Of a stretch of 64,000 bases of DNA, positions 62,001-64,000 are shown piece by piece. The stretch's first letter is position 1; the number at the start of each line of letters is the position of its first letter. The position numbers and the translations under genes are program-made. The notes under the pieces are model-generated. The model ran no database searches. It was not told where the DNA came from and worked only from the letters and a program-made list of their open reading frames with translations. The DNA comes from Eledone cirrhosa (taxonomy: Eukaryota). Location of the stretch: positions 82,088,001 through 82,152,000 of the forward strand of contig OZ024743.1 of assembly GCA_964016885.1 (NCBI GenBank), given 5' to 3'.

Positions 62001-64000
62001 CTGGAGTTCTAGTGCTGCAGTGGTCCTGGGTCAGGTTAGCTTACTAGAGTTCTAGTGCTGTAGTGGTCCTGGGTCAGGTTAGGTTACTGGAGTTCTAGTG
62101 TTGTAGTGGTCCTGGGTCAGGTTAGGTTACTGGAGTTATAGTGTTGTAGTGATCCTGTGTCAGGTCGGGTTACAGGAGTTCTAGTGTTGTAGTGGTCCTG
62201 GGTCAGGTTGCGTTACTGGAGTTCTAGTGTTGTAGTGGTCCTGGGTGAGGTTGGGTTACTGGAGTTATAGTGTTGTAGTGGTCCTGGGTCAGGTTGGGTT
62301 ACTGGAGTTATAGTGCTGTAGTGGTCCTGGGTCAGGTTCGGTTATTAGAGTTCTAGTGCTGTAGCGGTCCTGGGTCAGGTTGGGTTACTGGACTTATAGT
62401 GTTGTAGTGGTCCTGGGTCAGGTTGGGTTACTGGAGTTATAGTGCTGTAGTGGTCCTGGGTCAGGTTAGGTTACTGGAGTTATAGTGTTGTAGTGGTCCT
62501 GGGTCAGGTCGGGTTACTGGAGTTCTAGTGCTGTAGTGGTCCTGGGTCAGGTTAGGTTACTAGAGTTCTAGTGCTGTAGTGGTCCTGGGTCAGGTTAGGT
62601 TACTGGAGTTATAGTGCTGTAGTGGTCCTGGGTCAGGTTAGGTTACTGGAGTTATAGTGTTGTAGTGGTCCTGGGTCAGGTCGGGTTACTGGAGTTATAG
62701 TGCTGTAGTGGTCCTGGGTCAGGTTAGGTTACTGGAGTTATAGTGCTGTAGTGGTCCTGGGTCAGGTTAGGTTACTGGAGTTATAGTGCTGTAGTGGTGC
62801 TTGCTCAGGTTAGGTTACTGGAGTTATAGTGCTGTAGTGGTCCTGGGTCAGGTTAGGTTACTGGAGTTCTAGTGCTGTAGTGGCCCTGGCTCAGGTTAGG
62901 TTACTGGAGTTATAGTGTTGTAGTGGTCCTGGGTCAGGTCGGGTTACTGGAGTTCTAGTGCTGTAGTGGTCCTGGGTCAGGTTAGGTTACTAGAGTTCTA
63001 GTGCTGTAGTGGTCCTGGGTCAGGTTAGATTACTGGAGTTCTAGTGCTGTAGTGGCCCTGGGTCAGGTTGGGTTACTGGAGTTATAGTGTTGTAGTGCTC
63101 CTGGGTCAGGTCGGGATACTGGAGTTATAGTGCTGTAGTGGTCCTGGGTCAGGTCGGGTTACTGGAGTTCTAGTGCTGTAGTGGTCCTGGGTCAGATTGG
63201 GTTACTGGAGTTATAGTCTTGTAGTGGTCCTGGGTCAGGTCGGGTTACTGGAGTTCTAGTGCTGTAGTGGTCCTGGGTCAGGTTAGGTTACTAGAGTTCT
63301 AGTGCTGTAGTGGTCCTGGGTCAGGTTAGGTTACTGGAGTTCTAGTGCTGTAGTGGTCCTGGGTCAGGTTGGGTTACTGGAGTTACAGTGTTGTAATGGT
63401 CCTTGGTCAGGTTGGGTTACTGGAGTTATAGTGCTGTAGTGGTCCTGGGTCAGGTTGGGTTACTGGAGTTATAGTGCTGTAGTGGTCCTGGGTCAGGTCG
63501 GGTTACTGGAGTTCTAGTGCTGTAGTGGTCCTGGGTCAGGTTGGGTTACTGGAGTTATAGTGTTGTAGTGGTCCTGGGTCAGGTCGGGTTACTGGAGTTC
63601 TAGTGCTGTAGTGGTCCTGGGTCAGGTTAGGTTACTAGAGTTCTAGTGCTGTAGTGGTCCTGGGTCAGGTTAGGTTACTGGAGTTCTAGTGCTGTAGTGG
63701 TCCTGGGTCAGGTTGGGTTACTGGAGTTATAGTGTTGTAGTGGTCCTGGGTCAGGTTGGGTTACTGGAGTTATAGTGCTGTAGTGGTTCTGGGTCAGGTC
63801 GGGTTACTGGAGTTCTAGTGCTGCAGTGGTCTTGGTTCAGGTTAGGTTACTAGAGTTCTAGTGCTGTAGTAGTCCTGGGTCAGGTTAGGTTACTGGAGTT
63901 ATAGTGTTGTAGTGGTCCTGGGTCAGGTTAGATTACTGGAGTTATAGTGTTGTAGTGGTCCTGGGTCAGGTCGGGTTACTGGAGTTCTAGTGTTGTAGTG
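14045..64000. repeat. 43-bp tandem satellite, ~1,160 monomers, consensus GGTCCTGGGTCAGGT(TA/TG/CG)GGTTACTGGAGTT(C/A)TAGTG(C/T)TGTAGT; continues past the window end
   Basis: CAGGTT at 14051 and 14094 (period 43); single orientation; no non-satellite insertion seen; only rare 1-bp indels. Confidence 0.98.

Noticed and set aside
14045-64000. CRISPR-like array or giant repeat-protein CDS
   Set aside because: There are no unique spacers or cas genes. The period of 43 is not divisible by 3 and both strands contain stop triplets in each monomer, so all frames close quickly.

Overview
Eukaryotic, repeat-dominated DNA, most likely octopus or another coleoid cephalopod. This is inferred from the tRNA-derived SINE family (GCCTTTCATCCTTWCGGGGTCGATAAAATAAAGTACCAGT) and the very high (TA)n density. 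No intact protein-coding gene is supported, and almost all listed ORFs are microsatellite artefacts. Positions 1-14040 are a mosaic of microsatellites, about 8 SINE copies or fragments, an RTE-clade LINE 3' end, and Penelope-like element (PLE) remnants embedded in (TA)n. The PLE remnants include a GIY-YIG C-terminus and several minimal type I hammerhead ribozyme motifs, one with a compensated U3-A8 core and one present as an inverted pair. This part also holds a 60-bp-arm palindrome, a decayed minus-strand exon-like segment encoding a ~17-aa repeat, and a candidate enhancer with K50 homeodomain and kappaB sites. Positions ~14045-64000 are one uninterrupted 43-bp satellite of about 1,160 monomers that runs off the right edge. 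It has three high-frequency variant positions and nested block duplications of 21 to 201 monomers.
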